A DNA stretch of 64,000 nucleotides from Trueperaceae bacterium. GTDB lineage: Bacteria > Deinococcota > Deinococci > Deinococcales > Trueperaceae. The position numbers were made by a program, and so were the translations under genes. The DNA lies in contig CBDCDZ010000004.1 in the NCBI GenBank assembly GCA_965215565.1, positions 1,568,001 through 1,632,000 on the forward strand. Direction: 5' to 3'. Shown piece by piece: positions 36,921 through 45,917 of this stretch. The notes under the pieces were generated by a model. The model had not been told where the DNA came from and did not search any database. It saw nothing but the letters and a program-made list of their open reading frames with translations. How positions within the stretch are numbered: the first letter of the stretch is position 1; each line of letters begins with the position of its first letter.

Positions 36921-38021
36921 CTAGCTGATGTCGCGGCACGCGCGGTAGAGGTCGCCCCAGCCCTCGCGCTCCTTGACGACGGTTTCTAAATACTCGCGCC
37001 AGATCGGGCTGTCTTGCACGCGGTCTTTGACAACTGCGCCGAGCAGCCCGCCCGCTAAGTCGTTCGCTTGCAAACGCCCGTCGCCGAAGTGACCTGCTAA
37101 GGAAATTCCCTGATTGACCACGGCGATGGCTTCGGCGGTGGAGAGCACGCTGCTGGGCGACTTGAGCTTGGTCTTGCCGTCCTCGGTCACGCCGCCGCGC
37201 AACTCGCGGAAGACCGTGACGACGCGGCGGATTTCCTCCAGTGCGGGCGGCTCGGCGGGCAGCTCGAGCGCCCTACCCAAGCTCGCTACGCGCTGCTGCA
37301 CGATGCGCACCTCTTCGTCGGCGCTGGCGGGCAGGGGCAAGATGACGGTGTTGAAGCGGCGTTTGAGGGCGCTCGAGAGGTCATTCACCCCCTTGTCGCG
37401 GTCGTTCGCGGTGGCGATGACGCTAAAGCCTTTCTCCGCTTGCACCTCGCTGTTCAATTCGGGGATGGGCAGCGTCTTCTCGGACAGAACCGTGATGAGC
37501 GTGTCCTGCACCTCGCTCGGGATGCGCGTCAACTCCTCGACGCGGGCGACTTTGCCCCTTTTCATCGCGCGCATAAGGGGGCTCTCGACGACGGCGTCTA
37601 AACTCGGTCCCTTCGCGAGGAGCTGCGCGTAGTTCCAACCGTAGCGCACCGCCTCCTCGCTGAGCCCAGCCGTGCCCTGGATGAGAAGCGTCGAATCGCC
37701 CGAAACGGCGGCGGCTAGGTGCTCGGAGACCCACGTTTTAGCGGTGCCGGGGACGCCGATAAGCAGCAGAGCGCGGTCAGTGGCGAGCGTCGCCACGGCG
37801 ATTTCGATGACCCTAACCTGTCTAATGTACTTAGCGGAGACCTCGAAACCGTTCTCCAACGTGCCGCCTAACAGATACGTTCGCACCGCCCAGGGCGAGA
37901 GCTGCCAGTTGGGTGGGCGCGGACGCTCATCCGCTTGGGCGAGTTCGGCGAGTTCGTGGGCGTACGCTTGTTCGGCGTGTTGGCGGAGGATAGTGCGCGT
38001 ATTTGTATGAGCATCTGTCAT
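36921..38021 (-). CDS. MoxR-family AAA+ ATPase (YehL subfamily)
   Basis: PPNWQLSP, GVPGTAKT, VEELTR, ATANDRDKGVNDLSSALKRRF; start at ATG 38021 after AGGAG. Confidence 0.9.
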   Translation of the reverse strand: MTDAHTNTRTILRQHAEQAYAHELAELAQADERPRPPNWQLSPWAVRTYLLGGTLENGFEVSAKYIRQVRVIEIAVATLATDRALLLIGVPGTAKTWVSEHLAAAVSGDSTLLIQGTAGLSEEAVRYGWNYAQLLAKGPSLDAVVESPLMRAMKRGKVARVEELTRIPSEVQDTLITVLSEKTLPIPELNSEVQAEKGFSVIATANDRDKGVNDLSSALKRRFNTVILPLPASADEEVRIVQQRVASLGRALELPAEPPALEEIRRVVTVFRELRGGVTEDGKTKLKSPSSVLSTAEAIAVVNQGISLAGHFGDGRLQANDLAGGLLGAVVKDRVQDSPIWREYLETVVKEREGWGDLYRACRDIS

Positions 38022-38061
38022 GTCGGCTCCTAGAGATTTTTTATCTGACAATTCGTGGGTT

Positions 38062-39387
38062 TCATAAGAGGTCGAGTCGGCGTTGCGCCCATCTAGCGAC
38101 GAATTCATCTTCGTCGTCTTTCGATACCTCGAGAACCTCTCTGTTGAGGCTCTTGTTATCGACGAGCGCCTGCCTCACACTCACCGCTTGGTCATGAGCG
38201 AGCGCGTGCATGAGGTCAGGGGGCAGCGAATCGTTGTCAGCCAACATCCTCCGCATATCCTCCGCCGGATGATGCAGCACCGTCCGCATGAGCGCCAGGT
38301 CTCTCATATCGTGAGCGGTGGACCTCCTCACGACCGCGTCCGAATCCTCCAGCAAGTTCTTTAGAACTGGTACTGGTGTCTTAGGATGTTTAGTGACGGC
38401 GTAGCGCACTTTCTCAGAGCCGTCCTTGGCGAGGACCTCGAGGAAGTCTGGAGGTGTATTTTTGTTCTCCGCTACCCGAACACGCACCCAGATTTTGGGG
38501 TCGCTTCGGAGGTTCTCGAGCGCTTCGAGGGGAGAGTGTTCATTGCTTGCTACCGTTCGACGCACTCCCTCTTCGGCATCTCGAGAAAGCGTGAGAAGCG
38601 CGTCAGGCGGGGTATTTGGATGACGCGCTACTGTTTCCCGGACCAATTTGCTCGGGTCGTGGACCAGTTGCGCCAATGTTTCGCCGAAGATTCGGGTTTT
38701 TGAATAGACACTACAGAGCATCCAAAATTTCTGGCTCTCACTAAACGCTTCGTCGAGTGCTAGACGGTCAAGTGTTTCGTCGGAGATGCGGGGGATTGCC
38801 TGGTCCAAAATGCAGCCTGACCGGGCAATTGGAGACGCATCTCGTGACAATGTTTCAACTATGGATAAAGGCGTGCTCCCGTTCGCGGCGACTGTACTTC
38901 GCACTCCTGCGCTCGGGTCCTGCGCCAACTTCTCGAGGGTCGGTAGAGGGGTCTGAGGATGCCGCGCGACCGCTGCTCGGACGCGAGCGGCGGCATCGTC
39001 CGCCAGCCGGACGAGTAGAGCTTGCAGAGTCGCGCTGTTTTGCGCCACTGCCTCTCGCACGGTCCATCTACCGTGCAGCGCGAGGCTGGCGAGGATATTA
39101 CCTGAAACGTTATCGCTCAGGGCAACGGCTTTGAGCACCGTCCACTGATTATCTCCTGCCAAATGCTCGAGGTCTTCTAACCTCGTATTGGAGTTCGCCG
39201 CCACTCTTCGGCGCGTCGGCATGTCGCCGCTGCGGGCGAGATCGGCGAGCACCTCGGGCGGCGTACGTTTGCTCTTAGCGACGGCGCGCGAGAGCGCCTC
39301 GTCCATCGCCGCGAGTTGGCGCAAGCGTTCGGGGCTGGTCTTTTTGTTGCGGGCTTCTTTTTTAAGTGCGGCTAGGTCCATGATCAA
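38062..39387 (-). CDS. HEAT / leucine-rich-variant (LRV) repeat protein
   Basis: Many ~24-aa repeats of the form VR.AVA.(H/N)P.TP...L..LA.D. Confidence 0.88.
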   Translation of the reverse strand: MIMDLAALKKEARNKKTSPERLRQLAAMDEALSRAVAKSKRTPPEVLADLARSGDMPTRRRVAANSNTRLEDLEHLAGDNQWTVLKAVALSDNVSGNILASLALHGRWTVREAVAQNSATLQALLVRLADDAAARVRAAVARHPQTPLPTLEKLAQDPSAGVRSTVAANGSTPLSIVETLSRDASPIARSGCILDQAIPRISDETLDRLALDEAFSESQKFWMLCSVYSKTRIFGETLAQLVHDPSKLVRETVARHPNTPPDALLTLSRDAEEGVRRTVASNEHSPLEALENLRSDPKIWVRVRVAENKNTPPDFLEVLAKDGSEKVRYAVTKHPKTPVPVLKNLLEDSDAVVRRSTAHDMRDLALMRTVLHHPAEDMRRMLADNDSLPPDLMHALAHDQAVSVRQALVDNKSLNREVLEVSKDDEDEFVARWAQRRLDLL

Positions 39388-40829
39388 AATTCCTCGAGGA
39401 TGGCGCTACGCAAATCGGCAACGTCGCGCATGTGCGCGAGCACTGTATCTATCCAGTTAGGGGTCTCAGGCGGCAGGGTGAGCGCTCGGAGCGCAGCTTG
39501 AAGGGTTTCTGGATGCATATGGTACGCGCACGCTGCGTAAAAACTTTGGAGTTTGGGGCTGTAGAGCTTGGCGCGGCGCAGGTCGGTTTGGAGACCTTTG
39601 AGGACCGTTGCCGTCAGCGCAGGGGACCACGCACCTGGATGTAATTGGGGAAGGTCAGCCAACGTGTTGCTATTCGGGGGCGAGTCGTTGCGCTCAATCT
39701 CACCGAGCAGAAAAGCGTCACGCGCCTCTGCGGGCACGTTCAGGTGAAAGAGGCTGGGCAGCGCCGGTTCGACGACGTCCACGATCTCGAGTCGCTTCTC
39801 GAAAAACGCCCGCGCCCACGTCACGTTCGCCTCGAATAGCGTACGCCTCAACCACGCCTCCAAGATGAGGGTGCCCCACCCCTTGTTTCTCTTAGCGGCG
39901 TCGATGAGCCCGCCCGGTCGCTCGCTGAAACGCTCTGTGAGGTGCTCGAGCGGCACCCCCGCCAACACCTGCCGCGTCAGAGCGCGCTTGCTCTCGCCGC
40001 GCGCCCCTTCCGGCTCGACGCCGTCGCGCAGCAGGGTCTCGTCGGTTTGGGGGAGAAGGTTTAGGGTCATGACCTTTTGAGAGCCTGCTTGCTCCATATT
40101 TAAGAGCGCGTCCGCGCGCCCAGTCATGCGGCGGCTCAGTGCGGACGCGCTCAGATGCGAGAGGAGCCGCGCCGCGCCGCCGCGCACGTTCTTGCTGCGG
40201 TCATCCAAGGCGCGCTCCAAAAAGGGCTCGTCCTCTAAGCTGAGGTTGACACCTAGATACGCGACTAGTTCGGCGCGCGTTTCCGCGCTCATGTGTTGCC
40301 ACACGCCCTCGACGAGCGCCCTGGCGTGCGCCGGGTCGCGCCCTCGCACCTCGGGGACGATCTCGCCGTCGATCACCGCCCAAAGAGGTCTGAGCGCCCA
40401 AAACCAGGCTTGGTTCAAGCGGGCGAGCCAGCGTCCCCGTTCACCCAACACCGAGAGGATAGCGGGGCGCAGCTCGGCACTGTGTCTGCCGTAGTCGAGC
40501 AAGTCGGGCAGGCTTCGCTCGGGGACGCGCAGCTCGGCGCGTCGGGCGTAGTCCAGCCACTGCGCCAGCAGCGTGCCGTGGGTACGGTTTTCCAGCAAGG
40601 TGCGCAAGTGCGGGCTGTAGGCGGCGGCGCTCTGCGCGTCTTCCGGGCAGGGCGGAGGCGGGTTGGGCGCGCGCGCGGCGGGCAAACGCCCCGCTTTGCG
40701 CTGCAGCGCAAGCGCCGCTGCGTCGCTCAGGAGGTGCGCTTCTGGGTCTGCAAGAAGAGGTAAAGTTCCCCTGTAGGTCCGTCGCTCAGTCCCTAAAAGC
40801 GCACTCGTTTGGAGCGCGTCCCAGTTCAT
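39384..40829 (-). CDS. DUF5691-like protein
   Basis: MNWDAL..ALLGTER, GERGRWLARLN..W, DEPFLE.ALDDRSK.VR. Confidence 0.8.
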   Translation of the reverse strand: MNWDALQTSALLGTERRTYRGTLPLLADPEAHLLSDAAALALQRKAGRLPAARAPNPPPPCPEDAQSAAAYSPHLRTLLENRTHGTLLAQWLDYARRAELRVPERSLPDLLDYGRHSAELRPAILSVLGERGRWLARLNQAWFWALRPLWAVIDGEIVPEVRGRDPAHARALVEGVWQHMSAETRAELVAYLGVNLSLEDEPFLERALDDRSKNVRGGAARLLSHLSASALSRRMTGRADALLNMEQAGSQKVMTLNLLPQTDETLLRDGVEPEGARGESKRALTRQVLAGVPLEHLTERFSERPGGLIDAAKRNKGWGTLILEAWLRRTLFEANVTWARAFFEKRLEIVDVVEPALPSLFHLNVPAEARDAFLLGEIERNDSPPNSNTLADLPQLHPGAWSPALTATVLKGLQTDLRRAKLYSPKLQSFYAACAYHMHPETLQAALRALTLPPETPNWIDTVLAHMRDVADLRSAILEEF

Positions 40830-40877
40830 AGAACCACCTCCGTAAGGGGAACGTTGCGTCGCTTTACCGCACCCGTA

Positions 40878-42200
40878 CTAACCATGTAACCTTATCGTCC
40901 CGCTTGCCAAGCTCGCTGAGAGGGGCAAAAAGGCGTGCCCGTCCCACTCGCCGAAGAGCGTCAGCGGTCGCCCTCCGCTCACTGCGAGCAGCGTCCAGCC
41001 CTGAGTGAAGTTGGGGTGAAGGTCCAGTTGATGCGAAGCGTCTGCGACCCGCCAAGTACCACTGGGAGCAGCCGGCGCGAGCTGAACCTCTTTCAAGGAG
41101 AGCGGGTAGCGCGTCAGCCACGGCTGGGCGGCGAGTGCCCGCGCGTAGTGCGCCGTTCCGCCTAAAATATCCGTCTCAGCGTCGAAACGGTTCAGCGGCT
41201 CGCTCTCCTCTTGCACTTTGACGAGCGCGCGCTGCGGCGCGTGACCCTCGAACAGAACCATCTCACCCTCGAACGCAGTGTTGGCGCGCAACGACTCGTC
41301 AAACGCTCCGCCGTAAGCGAACTCGAGCACGAACACCGTGCGCCCGCTCCTTTCGCCGCGCAGCCACGAGCGCCGCGCGCTCAAGTTGTTCTCGTTCTCG
41401 CTCGCCTGACCTAAGACCTGCCAGCGGTCTTTTACGCCCGGTTGTTGCCGTAGTGCGTTCTGGTCCTGCGGCAAACCGAGTTTCGTCTTGGTGTCCGCTT
41501 GCAGTGCAGGGCTGAGCGTGTCCAAGCGGCCGTAGCCCTCGAGCAGCAGATGCAGAAGGGCGAGGTGCTCGAGCAATCTGTCCGCGCGCCCCTCGCCCCA
41601 TACCGCTACGCTACCGAGCGCACGCAAGCGGTTGGCTAGCCCTGGTGCCTGCGCGTCCACCATGCGGCTCGCCACCTCGTCCCAAAAGGCGTAGGGCTTG
41701 CCCTGAACGCTGGCGAGCCCTTGGCGCACCAGGTCGCGCAGCCACAACTCTAAGTCGCGGACGCCCGCTCGGACAGTCGCCTCGCGTTTCTTCGCGCGTT
41801 TCGTAGCGGCGTCGGGGTCAGCTTTCACCTTCTTTTCGGCACGTTTGACGCGGGTCTCAGCCCGCGCGCTACGCTCCGTGAGCCACTCGCTCACCCAGTC
41901 GGGCGGCGCGCCGCTGCCGAACGCGCCCGCTTGCTCGGCGCGCAGCAAGAAGAGGGCGAGACCATGTTTGCAAGGGAACTTGCGGCTCGGGCAGGAGCAT
42001 TTGAAGGAGGGTCCGCCCGCTAGGTCGATGCGGGTCAAGTAGGGCTTGCTGCCGCTGCCCTTGCATTCGCCCCAAAGCGCGCGCTCGTCGTCTCCCAAAT
42101 TGGACCACTTGCTCAGGGTTAGGAGCTTTCTAGCCGCCTTGACTGAACCGCTGTCGGGCGCAAGCGCCAAAATCTGTTCGGAGGTCCACTGCACCGCCAC
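40878..42200 (-). CDS. SWIM zinc-finger protein (YehQ-like); start may be GTG 42194
   Basis: WGECKGSGSKPY, CSCPSRKFPCKH SWIM motif, RMVDAQAPGLA. Confidence 0.88.
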   Translation of the reverse strand: MAVQWTSEQILALAPDSGSVKAARKLLTLSKWSNLGDDERALWGECKGSGSKPYLTRIDLAGGPSFKCSCPSRKFPCKHGLALFLLRAEQAGAFGSGAPPDWVSEWLTERSARAETRVKRAEKKVKADPDAATKRAKKREATVRAGVRDLELWLRDLVRQGLASVQGKPYAFWDEVASRMVDAQAPGLANRLRALGSVAVWGEGRADRLLEHLALLHLLLEGYGRLDTLSPALQADTKTKLGLPQDQNALRQQPGVKDRWQVLGQASENENNLSARRSWLRGERSGRTVFVLEFAYGGAFDESLRANTAFEGEMVLFEGHAPQRALVKVQEESEPLNRFDAETDILGGTAHYARALAAQPWLTRYPLSLKEVQLAPAAPSGTWRVADASHQLDLHPNFTQGWTLLAVSGGRPLTLFGEWDGHAFLPLSASLASGTIRLHG

Positions 42201-42467
42201 AGTTTACCGCGAAGGCGCATGAAACAGCTAGTAGCGGCGGCTTATAGTCGCGTTTCCATTTGAGCTTGCTGCGGCAAACTCAAGCGTGGGTGTAACCGGA
42301 AACGGTGTGACTTCATGACCGACGACAAGAAAGTTTCTCAGCCGTCAACGTATGAGCGTATGGCTCGGCCGAGGCTCGAGCCTTGACGCTTCTGACGCAC
42401 GCCGGCGGACTTATCCAACAGAAATGGAGCAGGCTCGCCTGCTCCACGGGAGACTCTACTACGCGCC

Positions 42468-42833
42468 TCAGCCTGGGCGCTTCTCTACCGAAACCTGCTT
42501 GGGCTTGGACTTGCCGTAGCTAAGGAAGTAGTCGAGTTCGCGCCGCCCCCCTACCGCACCACTCTTGCCCTTATAGCTGTTTGGCGAGAGGACTACTTGC
42601 AGGCTCCAGCAGTCTAGGTGAACCGTCTCGCCGGAGTAGAGCGACGCGATGATCTCCATACGCTGCTCTCGAGAGTCGTAGTCCGCAGGGTAAAACGCAG
42701 CGAGCGCACAGTAAAACGTGTTGACGCAACTGTACGTCACCGACTCCGCACGCTTAAAGATGCTGCGCCTGCCCTCCACGAGCCAAAACGCTGCTACAAC
42801 AACATTAAAAGGTGTTTCTGGTGTAAAATCCAT
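42468..42833 (-). CDS. Hypothetical protein
   Basis: AAAGGA RBS before ATG; no recognised family. Confidence 0.4.
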   Translation of the reverse strand: MDFTPETPFNVVVAAFWLVEGRRSIFKRAESVTYSCVNTFYCALAAFYPADYDSREQRMEIIASLYSGETVHLDCWSLQVVLSPNSYKGKSGAVGGRRELDYFLSYGKSKPKQVSVEKRPG

Positions 42834-43065
42834 TCAAGGTTTCCTTTCCAGGGATGCCATAGAACTCGCCAACGCGAGCGTCTCTTACCCTTCGAACTTG
42901 CCAGAGTTTGAAGGGTTTGCTTTTGCAAATCGGGCTCGGGTCACGCTTGCCAGAGCGTAACCGCGCACCAATATAGGTTTTACATGATGACCTCCTTTTG
43001 AGGTTAGCCTTTCAAGAAAGAGCAACCGTAAATTACATTACCCTATGCAATATGGGGCTGTCGGA

Positions 43066-43719
43066 TTAGTCTCCGGGCTGGACGATGACGACGAGGCTTT
43101 TGCGCACCGTCGTGTCGCCGTCGGTAGCTTCTAAGATGACCCGGTACCCGCCCTCGTCCTCGAAGGTATGAAAGGCGTCCGTCACGTCCTGGCAGTCCTC
43201 GATGACTTCGTCGTCCGTCCCGTCACCAAAGCTTAGCGTGCACGTCGCGGGGCCTTCGGCTTGCAAGGTCCAACTGAGCGCCGTAAGGAGCGGGGCCGCA
43301 CCCTGGCTGGGCTGGGCGATAAAGGAGGTGATCGCGAAGTCCTCGTCTTCGGGCGAGCCGTTGCTGTCTTCGTCGACAACGACAGCAGCAGTCTGTTTGA
43401 CCTCGCCGCCGCCGTCGTTCGCGCTCAGCGTGATGATGTAGCTACCCGGCTCTTTATAAACGTGAAACTCCGCTGTCCTTTGATCACAGTCCTCGATGCG
43501 CGTCATGTCGCTGTCGCCGTAGTCCAGGGTGCACCTCACGCTGTCGCCGTCCGAGTCGGAAATGCTCCACTCGTAGAGAACCTCTAGGGGCGCGTAGCCC
43601 TCTTCAGGGTCAACCGTGAAATTCTCGATGATGGGGCTATTTTGCTCCGTGAGTTCAGCGATGATCGAGCAGCCCGTCAGGGTACTGATGAGCAGTAAGG
43701 TTGCTAGCGTGCGTTTCAT
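43066..43719 (-). CDS. Lipoprotein with two PKD-like domains
   Basis: MKRTLATLLLISTLTGC lipobox; two copies of G.APL...W...C.L.(Y/F)GD...H.(Y/F)...G.Y; start reassigned to ATG 43719. Confidence 0.82.
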   Translation of the reverse strand: MKRTLATLLLISTLTGCSIIAELTEQNSPIIENFTVDPEEGYAPLEVLYEWSISDSDGDSVRCTLDYGDSDMTRIEDCDQRTAEFHVYKEPGSYIITLSANDGGGEVKQTAAVVVDEDSNGSPEDEDFAITSFIAQPSQGAAPLLTALSWTLQAEGPATCTLSFGDGTDDEVIEDCQDVTDAFHTFEDEGGYRVILEATDGDTTVRKSLVVIVQPGD

Positions 43720-43856
43720 GTCCGTCCTTTCAGGGTGTTTCTCGCTCCAGTCTATATGACTCAAACCCTCTCGGAGAGGTTTTCTCCTGTAGGCTGCGCT
43801 GGTAGCGGTCCTAAGTCGAACGCTGCCGCGTGCTTCTTCTACCGTCTCCATACGAT

Positions 43857-43882
43857 AAACAAGAGGTTGAAACCCCTTGTTT
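43857..43882. repeat. REP-like palindrome (family copy 2)
   Basis: AAACAAGAGGTTGAAACCCCTTGTTT. Confidence 0.7.
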
Positions 43883-43918
43883 TGACACCACTGTCATTCC
43901 AGATAGAGCCACTACCGT

Positions 43919-44908
43919 TCACGCACCCTCAGGGCCGCCGCTCAACCAGACGCCACCGGGGTCTTTGTCTGCTAGGAGCGCATCTACCGACGCCGCTAAG
44001 TCTCGGTGCAAGTAGAGCTGCTCCTTGCCGCGAATCTCCAAAGCGGAGCCGAAAACGGGCCGCGCCAAGCGGCGCTTGGCGGCTACGTCGATGCCGCCGA
44101 GCAGGGGCATCAAGTCGGGGTTATCCATCACGTCTTGGAGCGAGCCGCCGTGCGCCGTGGCGATAAAGCGCACACCGCGCCGCGCCATCGTAACGACGAC
44201 GTCCACATCGTTGTGGTAGCCGATTTCGTCAGCGATGACGACTTCGGGACCGTGGTTCGCAATCGCTTGCATCATGATTTTAGCTTGCACGGAAGGGTTA
44301 GGGACCTGTAAGCGCCGCGCCAAACCGATGCCGGGGTGAGGTATCTTGCCGTCGCCGCCGATTTCGTTAGACGAGTCTACGATGGCGACGTTCGGTCCTA
44401 GTTCGGCGGCTAGGATGCGGGCGACGTCGCGCAGGATCGTCGTCTTGCCAACACCGGGTCTGCCTATCAACATGAGCCCGTCGCGTTCGGTTTTTAGAAG
44501 CGGCTCTAAGGAAGCCGCCGCGCCGTAGATAAAGCGCCCGAAGCGCACCGTCACGCCAACGATTTCGCCGTAGCGGTCACGAATCGCGGAGATGCGGTGG
44601 AAGGTCTTTTCGATGCCAGTGCGGTTGTCCTCGCGGAAGCCGTGAATGCGGTGGATGATGTAGTGGATGTCGTCTTTTGTAACGACGCGTTCAAACGAGG
44701 CGTAGCCGGAGCCGTGCTTAATGACGAGTTGGCGGCCTACGTCTACGGCAATTGCTTCAAAGGCGTCCACGGTCAAGACCGCGTCTTGAATCCACATAGG
44801 CAAGATGAGGAGGAGTTCGGCTAAACCCTCTTCGCCTGCCGGAATAGGCGTACTGAGTGGGGGTGCAGGTGCAGCGCCGCTAGGAAGCTCAAATGATGTT
44901 GTAGACAT
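43919..44908 (-). CDS. SpoIIIAA/Ycf45-like ATPase
   Basis: DNRTGIEKTFHRISAIRDR, GRPGVGKTT, IVDSSNEIGGDG, NHGPEVVIADEIG, ATAHG. Confidence 0.85.
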   Translation of the reverse strand: MSTTSFELPSGAAPAPPLSTPIPAGEEGLAELLLILPMWIQDAVLTVDAFEAIAVDVGRQLVIKHGSGYASFERVVTKDDIHYIIHRIHGFREDNRTGIEKTFHRISAIRDRYGEIVGVTVRFGRFIYGAAASLEPLLKTERDGLMLIGRPGVGKTTILRDVARILAAELGPNVAIVDSSNEIGGDGKIPHPGIGLARRLQVPNPSVQAKIMMQAIANHGPEVVIADEIGYHNDVDVVVTMARRGVRFIATAHGGSLQDVMDNPDLMPLLGGIDVAAKRRLARPVFGSALEIRGKEQLYLHRDLAASVDALLADKDPGGVWLSGGPEGA

Positions 44909-44976
44909 AAAGGCTCCTCCAAAAACGTGCTCGACGAACGAAATTCAGCGCTTTGTGACACCTGCGTTGACGCTCG

Positions 44977-45306
44977 TTAAGCACGCCGCCTTACGCCGCC
45001 TGTATAGGCCGTCACGGGACGTTCGGGAGGCGCAGGTGCTTCCGATGTAGAGAGAGATTCTTGAGTAGGCGGCTTGTTGAGTAGCAAATAGGTGAGCAGC
45101 TCGCGCAGCTTGGTGAGCTGTTGCAAGATAGCAAGCCCGAAGTAGATAAAGGCTGCTCCACCCATGAGTAGGCTACCCGCCATGAGCCCCCCTACATTTT
45201 GCGTACTCCATAGAACGAGACCACCCACAATGTAGATGATCATAAGTAGACGTAGGAGTAGTTTAGCGATACCTTGACGCTTGAGGGTGTCGAGAAGGCT
45301 TTTCAC
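44977..45306 (-). CDS. Small two-TM membrane protein in the T4SS-like operon
   Basis: Two hydrophobic helices; start overlaps the upstream stop. Confidence 0.6.
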   Translation of the reverse strand: MKSLLDTLKRQGIAKLLLRLLMIIYIVGGLVLWSTQNVGGLMAGSLLMGGAAFIYFGLAILQQLTKLRELLTYLLLNKPPTQESLSTSEAPAPPERPVTAYTGGVRRRA

Positions 45307-45917
45307 GGTTGTTCCTCCACTTCTAAATTCGGCGTTTCCAACTCTAAGTCTAAAGTTTCTAAAAACGCCTCGGCGCTGTAAGGTTCGGCGGCGCTGAAGC
45401 TTTCGTAGAAGCTCGTCACGAAACTCGAGACCTCAGCCGCATCTTGCGATAGGCGCGTCGGCGTAACCTGAGCACCCGGTAGCTGCTTGACGCCGGCGAT
45501 GAGCGGCCCCTCGATGAGCACGCTGCGGTCGACGATGACGAAGCTACCCTGAAAGGAAACGAGGCGCACCGCCGCGTCTGCGAACGCTAGGCTGACAAAG
45601 TAAGAAGCTGGGTCGGTGATATTTTCGGGAGGCACAACCATGAACACGGTGACACTCCGGTCCACGGCGGCGCGTCTCAGCGCGTTCGCAACCTCTTTGG
45701 AGCGCAGCAGATCGCTCGCAACCATCAACTCTTGTGTCGCCGTATCGATCACTTGAACGACTTCAGCGGCATTTTGGAGCGTGCCTAACGTTGCACCTTG
45801 TGCTGTTTGCGGCACCGGCGTCGCGCCGCCGGTCTGCGCCTGAACAAGCGTGCTTGTCAGAAGGACCAGCGCCGCGACGCGCCATAACCTGCGTAGATGT
45901 GCGGTAAGCGTTATCAC
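45303..45917 (-). CDS. Exported PLD/Nuc-like fold protein lacking the HKD motif
   Basis: Signal peptide; IDTATQELMVAS...VANALRRAA...VTV and SFVIVD pattern without HxK. Confidence 0.5.
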   Translation of the reverse strand: MITLTAHLRRLWRVAALVLLTSTLVQAQTGGATPVPQTAQGATLGTLQNAAEVVQVIDTATQELMVASDLLRSKEVANALRRAAVDRSVTVFMVVPPENITDPASYFVSLAFADAAVRLVSFQGSFVIVDRSVLIEGPLIAGVKQLPGAQVTPTRLSQDAAEVSSFVTSFYESFSAAEPYSAEAFLETLDLELETPNLEVEEQP

